From an uncultured Verrucomicrobiae bacterium (GTDB taxonomy: Bacteria; Verrucomicrobiota; Verrucomicrobiia; Chthoniobacterales; JAFAMB01), in NCBI GenBank assembly GCA_963837955.1, contig CAWIPH010000002.1:3456001-3520000 (forward strand): a stretch of 64,000 bases of DNA, written 5' to 3'. A program made the position numbers and the translations under genes. Positions 10,268 through 21,290 of this stretch are shown piece after piece. Under the pieces are notes generated by a model. That model was not told where the DNA came from, ran no database searches, and saw nothing but the letters and a program-made list of their open reading frames with translations. Positions within the stretch are counted from its first letter, which is position 1; each line of letters begins with the position of its first letter.

Positions 10268-10886
10268 TCCATTCCTTCCAAATCGTTTCTTCTATCTCAT
10301 TTTCCCGCAATGACGCGTCGATCACTCGAATTCGGTCAGGTTCCCGCCGGGCAAGCTCTAGATACCCCTCCCGCACTCGTTCATGAAATTCATCCGGCAA
10401 TTGCTCGAGGCGATCAGTCTCATTGACAGGGCGCACGCGCCGGAGCTGCCGTTTCCGCATCGTCGCCAAATCCAGATCGAACACGAACGTCAACGTTGGC
10501 CGGATCTCGCCAAGCACGAACTTTTCCAGCTCTCGAATAAACTGCGGGTTGAGCCCGCGGGCATAGCCCTGGTACACCGCCGTCGAATCCGCAAACCGAT
10601 CGGAAATCACCACTCGGCCTTTGGCAAGCGCCGGCCGGATGATTTCACCAATCAATTGCGATCGACTAGCGGCGAATAACAGCAACTCGGTCGTATCATT
10701 AAGGCTCGCGCTTTCCCGCGCATGCAGCAATAACTGCCGGATCGACCGGCCCACCTCGGTTGATCCCGGGTCGTGTACAGCGGTGACCGATCGGCCAGCC
10801 GCCTCCAGCCTCCGGGCCAGCCGCGCTACCTGAGTCGATTTACCAGAAGCGTCTCCGCCTTCAAAAGTGATCAAGATACCGGACAT
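10248..10886 (-). CDS. tmk: Thymidylate kinase
   Basis: ITFEGGDASGKSTQ, ELLLFAASR, DRFADSTAVYQG. Confidence 0.96.
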   Translation of the reverse strand: MSGILITFEGGDASGKSTQVARLARRLEAAGRSVTAVHDPGSTEVGRSIRQLLLHARESASLNDTTELLLFAASRSQLIGEIIRPALAKGRVVISDRFADSTAVYQGYARGLNPQFIRELEKFVLGEIRPTLTFVFDLDLATMRKRQLRRVRPVNETDRLEQLPDEFHERVREGYLELARREPDRIRVIDASLRENEIEETIWKEWNALLSR

Positions 10887-11222
10887 AGCGTGATGACCAA
10901 TAGCCAATAGCAAATAGCCGATTTTGGCTACGGCGATTTCAGCCGTTTAGCGAGAACGGTACGTCCCTTTACGCGCCTGGGCTCTAGTCACCGAATCGTT
11001 ACTCCGAAGCAATTGGTTAGTGGTGCTCCAAGCTCCAGTCGCCATCGGGAGATCAATTCCGCGCCGGCAGCGCCTCGCTTGAACAAAGCTGTGGCGACTG
11101 CGCTTCTAGATTGTGCACGTCACGCGACATGGCACGCACTTCTGAGCTCGAGAAACAAGCAATTGGCGGATGCAAGAACAATCCTTGATTCTCGACCGCC
11201 GCGGGCCATGATATGCGCTGTC

Positions 11223-11630
11223 ATGAACCAGTTCTGGTTGGTGAAGCAGGAGCCGACCGCTTATTCCTGGAGTCAGTTTGTTGCCGACGGCAAAACTGAT
11301 TGGACAGGGGTCCGAAATTTTCAAGCGCGGAACAACCTGCGCAGCATGAAACTGGGCGACGAAGTCCTTTTTTATCACAGCGTCAACGGCAAGGCGGTGG
11401 TCGGCGTGGCCCGCGTGACCAAAGAAGCGTTTGCGGATCCGACTGCAGCCGACGGTGATTGGTCGTCAGTCGAGCTGAAGCCTCAGCGAGCTGTGACGCC
11501 ACCCGTCACGCTTGATCAGATTAAAGCCGAGCCAAAACTGCAAGGGGTGCCATTGCTCAAACAAGCACGCTTATCGGTCATGCCTCTTACGAAGGAAGAG
11601 TTCCAGGGGATCCTGAAGTTGGCGGGCTAG
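11223..11630 (+). CDS. EVE domain-containing protein
   Basis: WLVKQEP, WTGVRNFQARN, FYHS, RLSVMP; start moved to MNQFW. Confidence 0.92.
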   Translation: MNQFWLVKQEPTAYSWSQFVADGKTDWTGVRNFQARNNLRSMKLGDEVLFYHSVNGKAVVGVARVTKEAFADPTAADGDWSSVELKPQRAVTPPVTLDQIKAEPKLQGVPLLKQARLSVMPLTKEEFQGILKLAG

Positions 11631-11797
11631 GAGTTGAGCGGAGGAAGCTGGGAGCTAGAAGCGAGAAGTTGGAATTTAGAATCCAGAAGACCGGCTTGGC
11701 GAACCGCTGAGCGACAGTCGCGCATCTTGCTGGGGCATGTGAGACTGGGGACCGCAACTGCCGCGAAAGGTCAACAGTTAGTAGCACGGCACCAAGC

Positions 11798-11831
11798 AAA
11801 AAAAACAGGCGCTGGGCTATCCCAGCGCCTG
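11798..11831 (-). terminator. Rho-independent terminator of the PEP-CTERM gene
   Basis: Perfect stem caggcgctggg-ctat-cccagcgcctg next to an A8 run (U tract on the minus strand). Confidence 0.8.
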
Positions 11832-11880
11832 GAAACGCACTCTCTTATAAAATCAGATATTCTCTTCGAACTGAAAAATC

Positions 11881-12654
11881 TTAGCGAGCTATCAAGTGGC
11901 GGTGGCGGAGAAGGCCCAAGCCGGCTAACCCGACCAGCCCGATTCCAACCAGGGCCATCGGTTGAGGCTCTGGAAGCGCCTGTAAACTAACGTTACTGAA
12001 AATAGCCGTAGAAAACAGGCCAGCCGTCGCCACGGCGTTCGGACTGTCAAACAGCTTGATGCCGATATTGCCGGTCGGAGCCGTAGAGCCGGTCAGGAAA
12101 TTTAATGTAAGCAAATAGGTATTCCCACTTAGCAACGAAAGACTGATGCTCTGGTTCGAGCCCGTGGTCGTTGATGCCAGGGTCGCTCCGGAACCATCGA
12201 GCAAACCAATACCGACGCCTGAAGAGGTCAGGGCCCCAAGCGTCAGGAGGGAGCTGACGTTTACAGCGGTGGTGAGTTGATAAACGGTGTTTGGAAGATA
12301 AGCCGTCGCAGTCGAGTCGGTGAAAAAACCTGAGTTGTTCACTGGGCCCAAAACGTTAACTGCGGCAATCCCGCTGATGGTCGCAGCGCCGCCGACTCCC
12401 CCGAAACCGCCGGTTGTGCTGATCGACAACGTCGGGCCTAACAATAGCCCAAGCACACCGCTAAAGGTTCCATTCCAGGGACCAGTTCCGATCGGAGTAG
12501 GTCCTCCGGATCCGAGAATTCCACCAAAGGTTCCTACATTGCCAGGCGCGCTAAAGTCGCCGTTAGGAATCGGAATATTCTGCGCCAATACAGCTGCAGG
12601 CGTCGCTACTAGGCAGACCAATCCTACTGCTGCCGCGAGAAATTTTCTGATCAT
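11881..12654 (-). CDS. PEP-CTERM-like sorted surface protein
   Basis: Signal peptide; Gly/Ser/Thr-rich body; C-terminal LPEP, then a hydrophobic helix, then RHRH. Confidence 0.78.
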   Translation of the reverse strand: MIRKFLAAAVGLVCLVATPAAVLAQNIPIPNGDFSAPGNVGTFGGILGSGGPTPIGTGPWNGTFSGVLGLLLGPTLSISTTGGFGGVGGAATISGIAAVNVLGPVNNSGFFTDSTATAYLPNTVYQLTTAVNVSSLLTLGALTSSGVGIGLLDGSGATLASTTTGSNQSISLSLLSGNTYLLTLNFLTGSTAPTGNIGIKLFDSPNAVATAGLFSTAIFSNVSLQALPEPQPMALVGIGLVGLAGLGLLRHRHLIAR

Positions 12655-12861
12655 AAGATTTTATTGGTTTTGACTAACTTCGAGGAGTTTTCCCCCAGAG
12701 TTGAGTCTCATTTATCAAAATAGCCGCTATTATGGCAATCATAATAATAGGAATTCTTCTAGTCCCATTAATCTGGTATCAATTGAGAATACCAGTATCC
12801 ATGGTTTTTCGAGCCGATTGCTGGCTCGTTTTTGGTGAAAATCCTCAACTTTTTGGCCGGA

Positions 12862-13100
12862 AGTCCCGGAGGGACCCAATGCAAGTAGCAGCCCAGGACG
12901 AAGTGCTGGGAGAACTATGCCAGAAAGAGAAGTTCGTCCGCAGGGACGATAGAAACTTTGGCTCCTGGTTTCTCTCGGGCGCGCGTTCAGCACCCGGATC
13001 CGAGCCGTCGATCGTCCCGTCCGGGACGGGTCGCTTTCTGAACGCCACCCAGCACTTCGGAGGACTGTGGGCTTCTTATCATGGGTCCCTTCGGGACTGA
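12862..13100. repeat. REPIN-like palindromic element, family C
   Basis: agtcccggagggaccc ... gggtcccttcgggact terminal inverted pair; internal cgtcccgtccgggacg; homologous to 7596-7880. Confidence 0.8.
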
Positions 13101-13212
13101 TTTTCTTTAGCGCACGATGGAACTGCGCGATCCTGATCGCGAGTTTATGTTGCCGCTTCGGTAAAGCAGGCTTGGCAGCAAGCCTCCGATAAGGCAAAAT
13201 CAAATTAGGTTT

Positions 13213-13938
13213 ATGCCAGCAGCGTCTTCCCGTCGTGCCCGCTCGCGTGTGACACCCCGATCCGGGAAGATCCCCCCTCGATCCGGAAAAAACCATCTCA
13301 CCTTCTGGTGGCTGCCATTAGCGGTGCGAACCTTGGCCTGCCTCGGAGTCTTAGCTCTCTTCGTGATCGTCGGATTCCTGCTGGCTAACGGCGGGTTCGA
13401 GGATCCAGATCCACAGAGTAAAATGTTGGAGCTGACCGACCAGGATATTGACCCTGAAACCACTAATTTAGCCAAGACCTTGCTCCGGCAGAACCAATCG
13501 GATCAGCGAATTGGACTCTATTTATGGTCCGAGGCAGCTTCTCAGTTTTCCGGAGATGCCTTGAATCAGGCAAAATCTGGACTGACTCACGGGCAGATAG
13601 CTCAAACTCTGTTGCCTCTGGCCAAATCGCTATCAGATGATCTTGATCAGCAGAAAGTGGCCGCGTTTACCTTTTGGTTCGTCCCGGATGAGGGAACGGC
13701 ATCGGGGACGGTGCATCTGCAGCTCAACGGAGTAGATCTGGGCGAATTCCCGGTCGGGAGCGAGCGGTACGCAATCACTCTTCTGGCGAAAACCGGTTCG
13801 ACGGAACGCCTTCAAATAACAGCCCTACAAGCGCAAGCTGGCTCAATCATTTATCGCGCCGAGACCACGACAACAGAAGCGGTGACCAGGCGTTTGGCGG
13901 TAGGGAAATCCGACAGTTGGAATATCGTGATCCAGTGA
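13213..13938 (+). CDS. Hypothetical membrane-anchored protein
   Basis: 241-aa ORF with basic N-terminus, one TM helix and a beta-rich C-terminal domain. Confidence 0.65.
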   Translation: MPAASSRRARSRVTPRSGKIPPRSGKNHLTFWWLPLAVRTLACLGVLALFVIVGFLLANGGFEDPDPQSKMLELTDQDIDPETTNLAKTLLRQNQSDQRIGLYLWSEAASQFSGDALNQAKSGLTHGQIAQTLLPLAKSLSDDLDQQKVAAFTFWFVPDEGTASGTVHLQLNGVDLGEFPVGSERYAITLLAKTGSTERLQITALQAQAGSIIYRAETTTTEAVTRRLAVGKSDSWNIVIQ

Positions 13939-14240
13939 AAACGCCGTTATCTGGGACCCCATCCCCTTGAATCGCATCCACCTGGCGCTGCCTCGGAGCA
14001 GATGGAAAATGGGGGCCAGGTCTCGGCCGCTTCGGGATGGTCTCAGGCGGGAGATGAGTGGCAAAACGGCTGCCGCGGATGTTCCAACAACTCAAGGAAC
14101 TTAAGCAAAGACTCGCTGAGCTCGAGTTGCTCTTGAAGCAAACCGATCCGGAAGCGACTTCTCGACCTAAATAGTCGTCAGCGCTCACTTCCGCGCGCGT
14201 GTTGACAGGTCTCGGCGGCTACGTACCCTTGAACGCTCGC

Positions 14241-14624
14241 ATGAAAACGGTCTTTTCCTCCCCTGACGCTCCACCTGCTCTTGGGCCCTACTCGCAGGCG
14301 ATCGGCGCCGGCCCTTTTCTTTTTTGCTCCGGCCAAGTGCCTCTGCAGGCAGCTACAGGAGAATTGGTCGGCCAAGATGTCGCAGAGCAAACCAAGCAAG
14401 CGTTACTGAATTTGGGGGCAGTCCTCAAGAGCGCCGGGCTGTCCTATGCGAATATTGTAAAGACTACTGTCTTCTTAACCGACTTATCCCAGTTCACCGA
14501 AATGAACTCGGTCTACGCTACTTTTTTCCAAGACACTCCCCCAGCCCGATCTACTATTGAGGTTTCGGCCCTCCCAAAAGGGGCCAGAGTCGAGATCGAG
14601 GCAATTGCCCTCAAACCGTCGTAA
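14241..14624 (+). CDS. ridA: RidA/YjgF family enamine deaminase
   Basis: APPALGPYSQA, SGQVP, KTTVFL, PPARS, LPKGARVEIE. Confidence 0.92.
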   Translation: MKTVFSSPDAPPALGPYSQAIGAGPFLFCSGQVPLQAATGELVGQDVAEQTKQALLNLGAVLKSAGLSYANIVKTTVFLTDLSQFTEMNSVYATFFQDTPPARSTIEVSALPKGARVEIEAIALKPS

Positions 14625-14627
14625 GCC

Positions 14628-15194
14628 GTGGAAGAATCTATATTAGCAATCTTTGAACGGACCGGTTCTCTACTGCACGGCCATTTCATTCTGAGTTCCG
14701 GGCTGCACAGCCGTCAGTTCTTCCAATGCGCCCTCGTCCTGCAGCACCCGGATCTGGCCTCTGCCATTTGTCAACGTTTGGCCGCTAAGCTGGCAAATGT
14801 CGCCTGTGATGCCGTGATTTCGCCGGCTCTGGGCGGTATCATCGTGGGCCAGGAGGTCGCCCGTCATTTGGGGAAACGGCATATCTTCGCGGAGAAACAG
14901 GAAGGAAAACTGGTGCTGAGGCGCGGTTTTCAGATTTTTCCCGATCAAAAATTTATCGTTGCGGAAGATGTCGTCACTCGGGGAGGCAAAGTGCTAGAAA
15001 CGATCGAGATCGTGCGCTCTCACGGCGGTAGGGTGGTTGCCGTGGGTTCGATCGTGGACCGAAGCGGCCAAGACAAACCCGATTTTGGATGTAAATTTGA
15101 GAGTTTACTACAACTTCAGGTAGAGACTTTCGCTCCGGACCAGTTGCCGCCAGACTTAAGAGATGTCCCGGCAATCAAACCTGGAAGCAGGTAA
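14628..15194 (+). CDS. pyrE: Orotate phosphoribosyltransferase
   Basis: [15 protein letters not shown] motif [15 protein letters not shown]. Confidence 0.93.
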   Translation: MEESILAIFERTGSLLHGHFILSSGLHSRQFFQCALVLQHPDLASAICQRLAAKLANVACDAVISPALGGIIVGQEVARHLGKRHIFAEKQEGKLVLRRGFQIFPDQKFIVAEDVVTRGGKVLETIEIVRSHGGRVVAVGSIVDRSGQDKPDFGCKFESLLQLQVETFAPDQLPPDLRDVPAIKPGSR

Positions 15195-15208
15195 GTAGGA
15201 GTGATGTT

Positions 15209-18200
15209 ATGGTAAGCTGGGTTTTAAAGAAGATTTTAGGTTCGAAAAATCAGCGCGAAGTGCGCCGACTTCGTCCGATCGTCGAACAGATCAATCGGAT
15301 TGAGAAGGAGTACCAGTCGCTTAGTGATGCAGATCTCCAAGCCAAGAGCTTAGCTTGGAAGCAGGAATTGTCGGTCATCGAGGATCCGGATCTGCTAACC
15401 AAACGGTTGAACGAATTGCTACCGGAAGCCTTCGCCGCCGTCAAAAATACGGCGCGCCGCCTTTGGGATAAATCTTGGCTCGTTTCCGATCAGCCAACGG
15501 TTTGGAACATGATTCACTTCGATGTGCAGCTTATCGGCGGAATCGGGCTGCACCGAGGTAAGATCGCAGAAATGGCGACCGGTGAAGGAAAGACTTTGGT
15601 TGCTACCTGTCCTCTCTATCTCAATGCACTCACCGGACGCGGTGTTCATCTGGTAACCGTGAACGATTATCTCGCTCGGCGCGATGCCGAATGGATGGGC
15701 GAGATTTATAAATTTCTCGGGTTAACGGTCGGCTGTATCCAGCATGATCAATCGCCTTCTGAACGAAAGGCCCAATACGATTGCGATATCACGTATGGCA
15801 CGAACAGCGAATTCGGATTCGACTATTTGCGTGACAACGGGATGGCCACTTCAAAGGACCAGCAGGTACAGCGCGGTCATTACTTCGCGATCGTCGACGA
15901 GGTCGATTCCATTTTGATCGATGAAGCGCGGACTCCTCTTATCATCAGCGGTCCCGCCACCGTTTCTTCCCATCAATACGATAAGTTCAAGCCGATCGTA
16001 GAACAACTGGTGAAGCGGCAGACGATGCTGTGTAACCGGCTCGTTTCCGAAGCAAAAGAAGCGTTAGAACGCGGCGATCAGGAACAAGGTGGGCGGATCC
16101 TTTTCAAGGTCAAACTCGGACAGCCGAGAAACAAAGGGTTGCTTCGATTGATGGAAGATCCGGAAAATCGCAAGGCGCTCGATAAATCGGAACTCTCGTT
16201 CTACCAGGACTCTCGCAAGGAGGAACTGATCGCTCTGAAGGAAGAGCTGAATTTTACGATCGACGAAAAGCACCAGGACTCAGACCTCTCCGAACTGGGG
16301 CGTACTTATCTCAATCCGGACGATCCCGACGCCTTCGTATTGCCCGACCTCATCAGCGAATTTACCGAGATCGACCTCGACCCCTCCCTGACGCCCGAGG
16401 AGAAGGAAGAAAGGAAACGAGCTCGCCAACAGTATTGCGATAGCCAGGCCGAGCGAATTCACAACATCGCCCAATTGTTGCGAGCCTATTGTCTGTTCGA
16501 AAAAGATGTCGATTACGTCGTTGAAGAAAACAAGGTGATCATCGTTGACGAGAACACCGGGCGAAAGATGCCGGGCCGACGTTGGAGTGATGGTTTGCAC
16601 CAAGCAGTCGAAGCAAAGGAAGGAGTCCAGATTGACCGGGAAACGCAGACTCTGGCCACGATCACGATCCAAAATTATTTTCGGTTGTATCACAAACTGG
16701 CCGGGATGACCGGAACGGCTGAAACAGAAGCAAACGAATTCCACGACATTTACCGCCTCGACGTTCTGGTGATTCCTACGAACCGGCCGGTGATCCGGAA
16801 AGATTGGAACGATCGAATCTATAAGACACGCCGCGAAAAATATAATGCGGTTTTGGACGAGATAAAAAATGCGCACGGCCGTGGCCAACCACTATTGGTT
16901 GGGACCGCTTCAGTCGAAGCATCGGAATTACTTTCCCGGATGTTGAAACGGGAAAAAATCCCTCACAACGTTCTTAACGCGAAATACCATCGCCAGGAGG
17001 CAGAGATCGTGGCTCGCGCTGGCCAGCAGGGAACGGTCACTATATCCACCAATATGGCCGGCCGTGGAACCGACATTAAACTCGGCCAAGGAATTCCGGA
17101 AGCGGGCGGACTCTATGTCCTTGGAACAGAAAGGCACGAGATTCGTCGGGTCGACCGGCAGCTACGCGGTCGTTGTGCCCGCCAAGGAGATCCAGGGGCG
17201 TCGCGATTCTATGTCAGTTTCGAAGATGATTTGATGCGCAACTTCGGCGCCTCCGAACGGATGACTGCGATGATGGAGCGATTCGGCTTAAAGGACGGCG
17301 AAGAGCTTGAGCATCCTTGGCTCAATAAAAGCGTTGAAACCGCGCAAAAGCGGGTCGAGCAGCGAAATTATCAGATTCGGAAGCGCACGCTCGATTTTGA
17401 CGACGTCATGAACAAGCAGCGCGAAGTAATTTATACACTTCGCAATGAGACTCTTGAGACAACCGAACCACGTAAATTGATTTTTGAGATTGTCGACGAA
17501 GTCATTCCTGAACGGGTCCGGGATTATCTGCAACCGGCAGATGGTTCTGAGCCAGACCAGGCAGGATTACTCCAATGGCTTAATACGACGTTCCCGCTGG
17601 GACTAAGTTCAGCTGCTGCTCAGTTAGACAGCCGAACGGTCGAAGAAAACGAAAAGTTTGTTGTCGAGAAGCTTAAGAAATCCTACGAACAGAAAATCAA
17701 TTTGGAGGAAAGTGAAGCGGTTTCCGGTCTCGAACGCTATATCCTGCTCAATGCGATTGATCGTCTCTGGCAGGAGCATCTCTACGCAATGGACGGTCTC
17801 AGAGAAGGCATCTATCTGCGCAGCTACGGACAAAAGGATCCGTTAATCGAGTATAAGACCGAGGCATACGACATGTTTAGCCAGCTGATGGCGAGCATTA
17901 AGAACGAAGTGCTGAGCAATCTGTTTCGCAGCACGACAAACCTCATGGCGTTCGAGCAGTTTTTGTCTACTCTGCCGGTCGGGCTCAACCTCACGGGCAT
18001 GGGTCCGATGCCGACCGGTCCAGGTCCCCTTCCAATGGCCCGCCGCGAACAAATGGCCGGTGACCGAGAGATGCAGGACCAAAACGGAAATAACGAGCTG
18101 GAACTGGTTATTCCGGCTGCTCGCCAGAAGACCGTATCGGTTGGCCGCAATGAGCCTTGCCCCTGCGGTAGCGGCAAAAAATACAAGAACTGCCACGGCC

Positions 18201-18211
18201 GAGTGGCGTAA
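15209..18211 (+). CDS. secA: Preprotein translocase subunit SecA
   Basis: [46 protein letters not shown]-terminal [18 protein letters not shown]. Confidence 0.99.
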   Translation: MVSWVLKKILGSKNQREVRRLRPIVEQINRIEKEYQSLSDADLQAKSLAWKQELSVIEDPDLLTKRLNELLPEAFAAVKNTARRLWDKSWLVSDQPTVWNMIHFDVQLIGGIGLHRGKIAEMATGEGKTLVATCPLYLNALTGRGVHLVTVNDYLARRDAEWMGEIYKFLGLTVGCIQHDQSPSERKAQYDCDITYGTNSEFGFDYLRDNGMATSKDQQVQRGHYFAIVDEVDSILIDEARTPLIISGPATVSSHQYDKFKPIVEQLVKRQTMLCNRLVSEAKEALERGDQEQGGRILFKVKLGQPRNKGLLRLMEDPENRKALDKSELSFYQDSRKEELIALKEELNFTIDEKHQDSDLSELGRTYLNPDDPDAFVLPDLISEFTEIDLDPSLTPEEKEERKRARQQYCDSQAERIHNIAQLLRAYCLFEKDVDYVVEENKVIIVDENTGRKMPGRRWSDGLHQAVEAKEGVQIDRETQTLATITIQNYFRLYHKLAGMTGTAETEANEFHDIYRLDVLVIPTNRPVIRKDWNDRIYKTRREKYNAVLDEIKNAHGRGQPLLVGTASVEASELLSRMLKREKIPHNVLNAKYHRQEAEIVARAGQQGTVTISTNMAGRGTDIKLGQGIPEAGGLYVLGTERHEIRRVDRQLRGRCARQGDPGASRFYVSFEDDLMRNFGASERMTAMMERFGLKDGEELEHPWLNKSVETAQKRVEQRNYQIRKRTLDFDDVMNKQREVIYTLRNETLETTEPRKLIFEIVDEVIPERVRDYLQPADGSEPDQAGLLQWLNTTFPLGLSSAAAQLDSRTVEENEKFVVEKLKKSYEQKINLEESEAVSGLERYILLNAIDRLWQEHLYAMDGLREGIYLRSYGQKDPLIEYKTEAYDMFSQLMASIKNEVLSNLFRSTTNLMAFEQFLSTLPVGLNLTGMGPMPTGPGPLPMARREQMAGDREMQDQNGNNELELVIPAARQKTVSVGRNEPCPCGSGKKYKNCHGRVA

Positions 18212-18402
18212 TTTCGCCCGTCGGCGTAGGCGAGAACCCGGAGCGGCAAGCCGATCCGCATCCCTCAGATCACACCTTTTGCGCTACCTAAATCGGCGAT
18301 CCACCGCGTGTAACGCACTCCGATTCAACGAAATACGCATCCGATCGGCCCCGATTCTGGGCTAGTTTCACTGCCATTCATCGGCAACCTGCGACTAAAA
18401 AG

Positions 18403-18431
18403 TTGCCGGAAGTCAATCCTTCATCTATATA
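18403..18431 (+). promoter_or_regulatory. Sigma70-like promoter
   Basis: TTGCCG-N17-TATATA directly upstream of the long hairpin. Confidence 0.5.
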
Positions 18432-18439
18432 TCCAGCAG

Positions 18440-18600
18440 TAACACGGGAGATCTAGGGCAAAGAGAGTTAGTGAGCCCCAGAATCTAGTGGGCAATATCG
18501 CAGGATTTCCAGCTTAGTTTTCAAGGCAGAAAGATTGCGGTCGCCTGGCAATAGGGCAGCTCGACTAGGCGCTCACTTCACTCCAGGCCCGCTTCTCCTG
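18440..18600 (+). ncRNA. Candidate 6S RNA (long imperfect hairpin with central bubble)
   Basis: Nested pairings gggaga/tctcct, gggc/gccc, agtgagc/gctcact, then an unpaired bubble, then gggc/gcct, atcgcag/ttgcggt, tttc/gaaa; promoter upstream; no convincing ORF. Confidence 0.55.
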
Positions 18601-18709
18601 GAAGTTTTGGTGAAGGCCTTGGGTTTGAGGGTTAAGTTCGGCCCAAACTGTTCTTTCTCAGTGTGCGTAGTGCATGCCCTTCACCGGAAGCACTTCAAAA
18701 TCGTGACCA

Positions 18710-19225
18710 ATGAAATCCCAATCAATGCATTACTCAGGACGCCGCTCTCGTCGAGGACGCCGCAAACGTACAGGTTCAGGACCAAGTAGAGGAGCGATAC
18801 CAAAGCCGTCAAAACCCACATTTTGGCAGCGAGTCGTAGCTTTCTTCGCGGGCTCTACTAAACAGAACGTTGCCCCGCCCAAAAGTCGCGAAAAACAGAC
18901 CGCGACCGTCGTCGCTCCGAAGGAAAAAATCAGCCGTAAGCCTGAGCTGGTTGAGGTTACCTCTCCCAAACTTTATGTGGGTAACCTTTCGTTTGACGCC
19001 AGCGAAAGCGACCTGTTCAACCTGTTTAACGGAGTCGGCCAAGTCCGCAACGCAGAAGTGGTTTGCCACAAATACACTCAGCGGTCCAAAGGCTTCGCTT
19101 TTGTTCAGATGACTACTATCGAAGAAGCGAGGCGTGCAGTAAAAGAACTGCACGACAAAGAGTTCTTAGGACGCAAGTTAGTGGTGAGTGGCGCTAAAAC
19201 TCCGGATATGGAGCGCGCAGCCTGA
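18710..19225 (+). CDS. RRM RNA-binding protein with Arg-rich N-terminal extension
   Basis: RNP2 LYVGNL and RNP1 KGFAFVQM. Confidence 0.9.
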   Translation: MKSQSMHYSGRRSRRGRRKRTGSGPSRGAIPKPSKPTFWQRVVAFFAGSTKQNVAPPKSREKQTATVVAPKEKISRKPELVEVTSPKLYVGNLSFDASESDLFNLFNGVGQVRNAEVVCHKYTQRSKGFAFVQMTTIEEARRAVKELHDKEFLGRKLVVSGAKTPDMERAA

Positions 19226-19248
19226 TTACCCCCTCCTGACAAACTTAT

Positions 19249-19284
19249 AAAACCCGCTTTCAGTATTACTGAAAGCGGGTTTTT
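19249..19284 (+). terminator. Rho-independent terminator
   Basis: aaaacccgctttcag-tatta-ctgaaagcgggttttt. Confidence 0.88.
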
Positions 19285-19286
19285 CT

Positions 19287-20204
19287 TTGTTCGTGGACCC
19301 CCTGCAATTCTTCATTCTCGCTGGACCCACGGCCGTTGGGAAAAGTGAAATGGCCGTGCGTCTAGCCGAGTATGTACGCACCGAGATTATTGGGGCCGAC
19401 GCCTTTCAAATCTATGCTGGACTTGACATCCTCTCCGGCAAACCCTCGCTTGGGTTCCGAGAGAGGGTTCCTCACCATCTGGTGGGGGTGCTTCCCCTCG
19501 CCCAAACCTGCGACGCCGCGCGATACGCCGAACTGGCCTCAGAACAAATCAGATGCCTCAACGCCAGAGGACTCCGGCCGCTGGTGGTCGGAGGCACCGG
19601 ATTTTATCTGAGTGCGTTGACCCATCCTCTTCCGGAACTCCCAGGCGCCGATCCAGCTATCCGAGCAGAGTTGGCCGGTCGCTCGCTCACGTCGCTACTG
19701 GCTGAACTCGAAGCCCGGGATCCCATCTGTCTCCGCCAAATCGATCGAAATAACCGTCGGCGCATTGAGCGAGCTTTGGAGGTATGCCGGGTAACCGGCC
19801 GACCGTTTTCCGCCTTTAAAGTCAGCCGGCAAAGCCGTGCGAACGTGCCCGCCCTTTTGCTCGAGCGACCCCGGGAAGATCTAAACCGGCGAATCGATCA
19901 CAGGGTCGAAAAGATGCTCGAAGACGGCGCGATCGAGGAAGTGAGGGCGACAGATCAAATTAGCCAAACCGCAGCGCAAATGATCGGCTTTGCCGAAATC
20001 AAGGATTACCTGGCAGGCCGCCGCAGCCGAAAGAGTTGCATCGAAGCAATTCAGCTCGCAACAAGACAATACGCGAAACGCCAACTTACCTGGTTCCGCC
20101 GTCAGAACTATTTGCCGTTCCCGGCTTCAGGTGAACTGGCGGAAGCAGCCGCCCTTTTTCGTGACTATGCTGAAAGGCCTGTGGCCGGTGACGGTGACCA
20201 GTGA
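19287..20204 (+). CDS. miaA: tRNA dimethylallyltransferase
   Basis: GPTAVGKS, DAFQIY, PHHL, VGGTGFY, RALEV, TRQYAKRQLTWFR. Confidence 0.96.
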   Translation: MFVDPLQFFILAGPTAVGKSEMAVRLAEYVRTEIIGADAFQIYAGLDILSGKPSLGFRERVPHHLVGVLPLAQTCDAARYAELASEQIRCLNARGLRPLVVGGTGFYLSALTHPLPELPGADPAIRAELAGRSLTSLLAELEARDPICLRQIDRNNRRRIERALEVCRVTGRPFSAFKVSRQSRANVPALLLERPREDLNRRIDHRVEKMLEDGAIEEVRATDQISQTAAQMIGFAEIKDYLAGRRSRKSCIEAIQLATRQYAKRQLTWFRRQNYLPFPASGELAEAAALFRDYAERPVAGDGDQ

Positions 20205-20822
20205 TCAGTCACGAAACACCTGTCACCGGGTCCTGAGTGATCGGCGGTCAGGTCGATCGGTACACCCAGTCACCCGTCGTAAGTGATCGGCGGTCGGTGA
20301 TCGGTCATCGCATCAGGGGTCTTGCGCTCTTCAGAGCCGAAGGCGTTTCAAAGGACTCAATCCCAACGCCAACCCGCTGCGCGGGTGCTTTTACGAGTCG
20401 GGCGCTCCGATCTAGCGCCTTATCGAGGAGCGCAACGATCGCGAATCATGTTATGACCGGTGACTGGGTAACTGATCCCTGTTAGGGTGCTTGGTCACTG
20501 CGGCGGTGATGGCAGCAGCGGTCTGCAGAGGACGTGCGCCGATTGCCCCGATAGGCTGCTAGTCGGCGGTCCGGAGCCGCGGATGCGGGCCGTTTTGCCG
20601 AAGTGGGCGTCTCGTTCTAGCGCCTTATGAGAGCGGACGCGCATTTTTTAGGTTACCCGGGGTTGCGCAAAGCCTCCACCCCGGGCTGAGTCCTTTGACG
20701 CCTTCCGACTTCGCCAACCATTAGCTATGGTTCGACGTCACAGAAGGGCTTCGTCGGACAGGTCGGCGTATCCATCTCCCGCCGTCCGGCTCACCGGTTA
20801 CCGATCACTAGTTACCGATCGG
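20200..20822. repeat. Composite intergenic repeat: gtgatcg/cggtgat heptamer tracts flanking a family B REPIN
   Basis: gccgaaggcgt..aaggactca at about 20336 faces cccggggttgcgcaaagcctccaccccgggctgagtcc at about 20655; near-identical to 58726-58763. Confidence 0.78.
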
Positions 20823-21272
20823 CGGCCCATCGTATACATCCGTCCGATGGACTTCCATCATGCGTTCAGGCCGGGCGACGAGCGAAAAACCAAATTGTCG
20901 ATAAAGAGTATGCGCGTCGGCCGTCACCAGCAACCAGCGCCGTAAACCCTGCAACTCCGGATGAGCAAGAACAATCTGGATCAGGCGCTTGGACAGTCCC
21001 TGGCCGCGATGCTCGGCCAGAATAAAGACGTCTCCGAGGTAAGCAAACGTCGCCCGATCAGTCGTTACCCGGGCGAATCCTACCTGTTTCCGGACGGATC
21101 CAGGTTCGTCTTTCGGACCGACCTGATAAACACCAAAAGGAATCGAGTGAGCTACCGACTTCGCCACGATTTCCCGAGGTACGCCGCGCGCCCAATAGCT
21201 TTCCTCTGAAAGAAACCGCCAAACAACGTCGATATCGATCCAGGTAGGGTCAGAGCTAATCACGTAATTCAT
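20808..21272 (-). CDS. GNAT family N-acetyltransferase
   Basis: ESYWA, QVGFARV, FAYLGDVF, HRGQGLSK, DAHTLYRQFGF. Confidence 0.92.
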   Translation of the reverse strand: MNYVISSDPTWIDIDVVWRFLSEESYWARGVPREIVAKSVAHSIPFGVYQVGPKDEPGSVRKQVGFARVTTDRATFAYLGDVFILAEHRGQGLSKRLIQIVLAHPELQGLRRWLLVTADAHTLYRQFGFSLVARPERMMEVHRTDVYDGPPIGN

Positions 21273-21290
21273 GAGGCAATAGGTCAGCCG

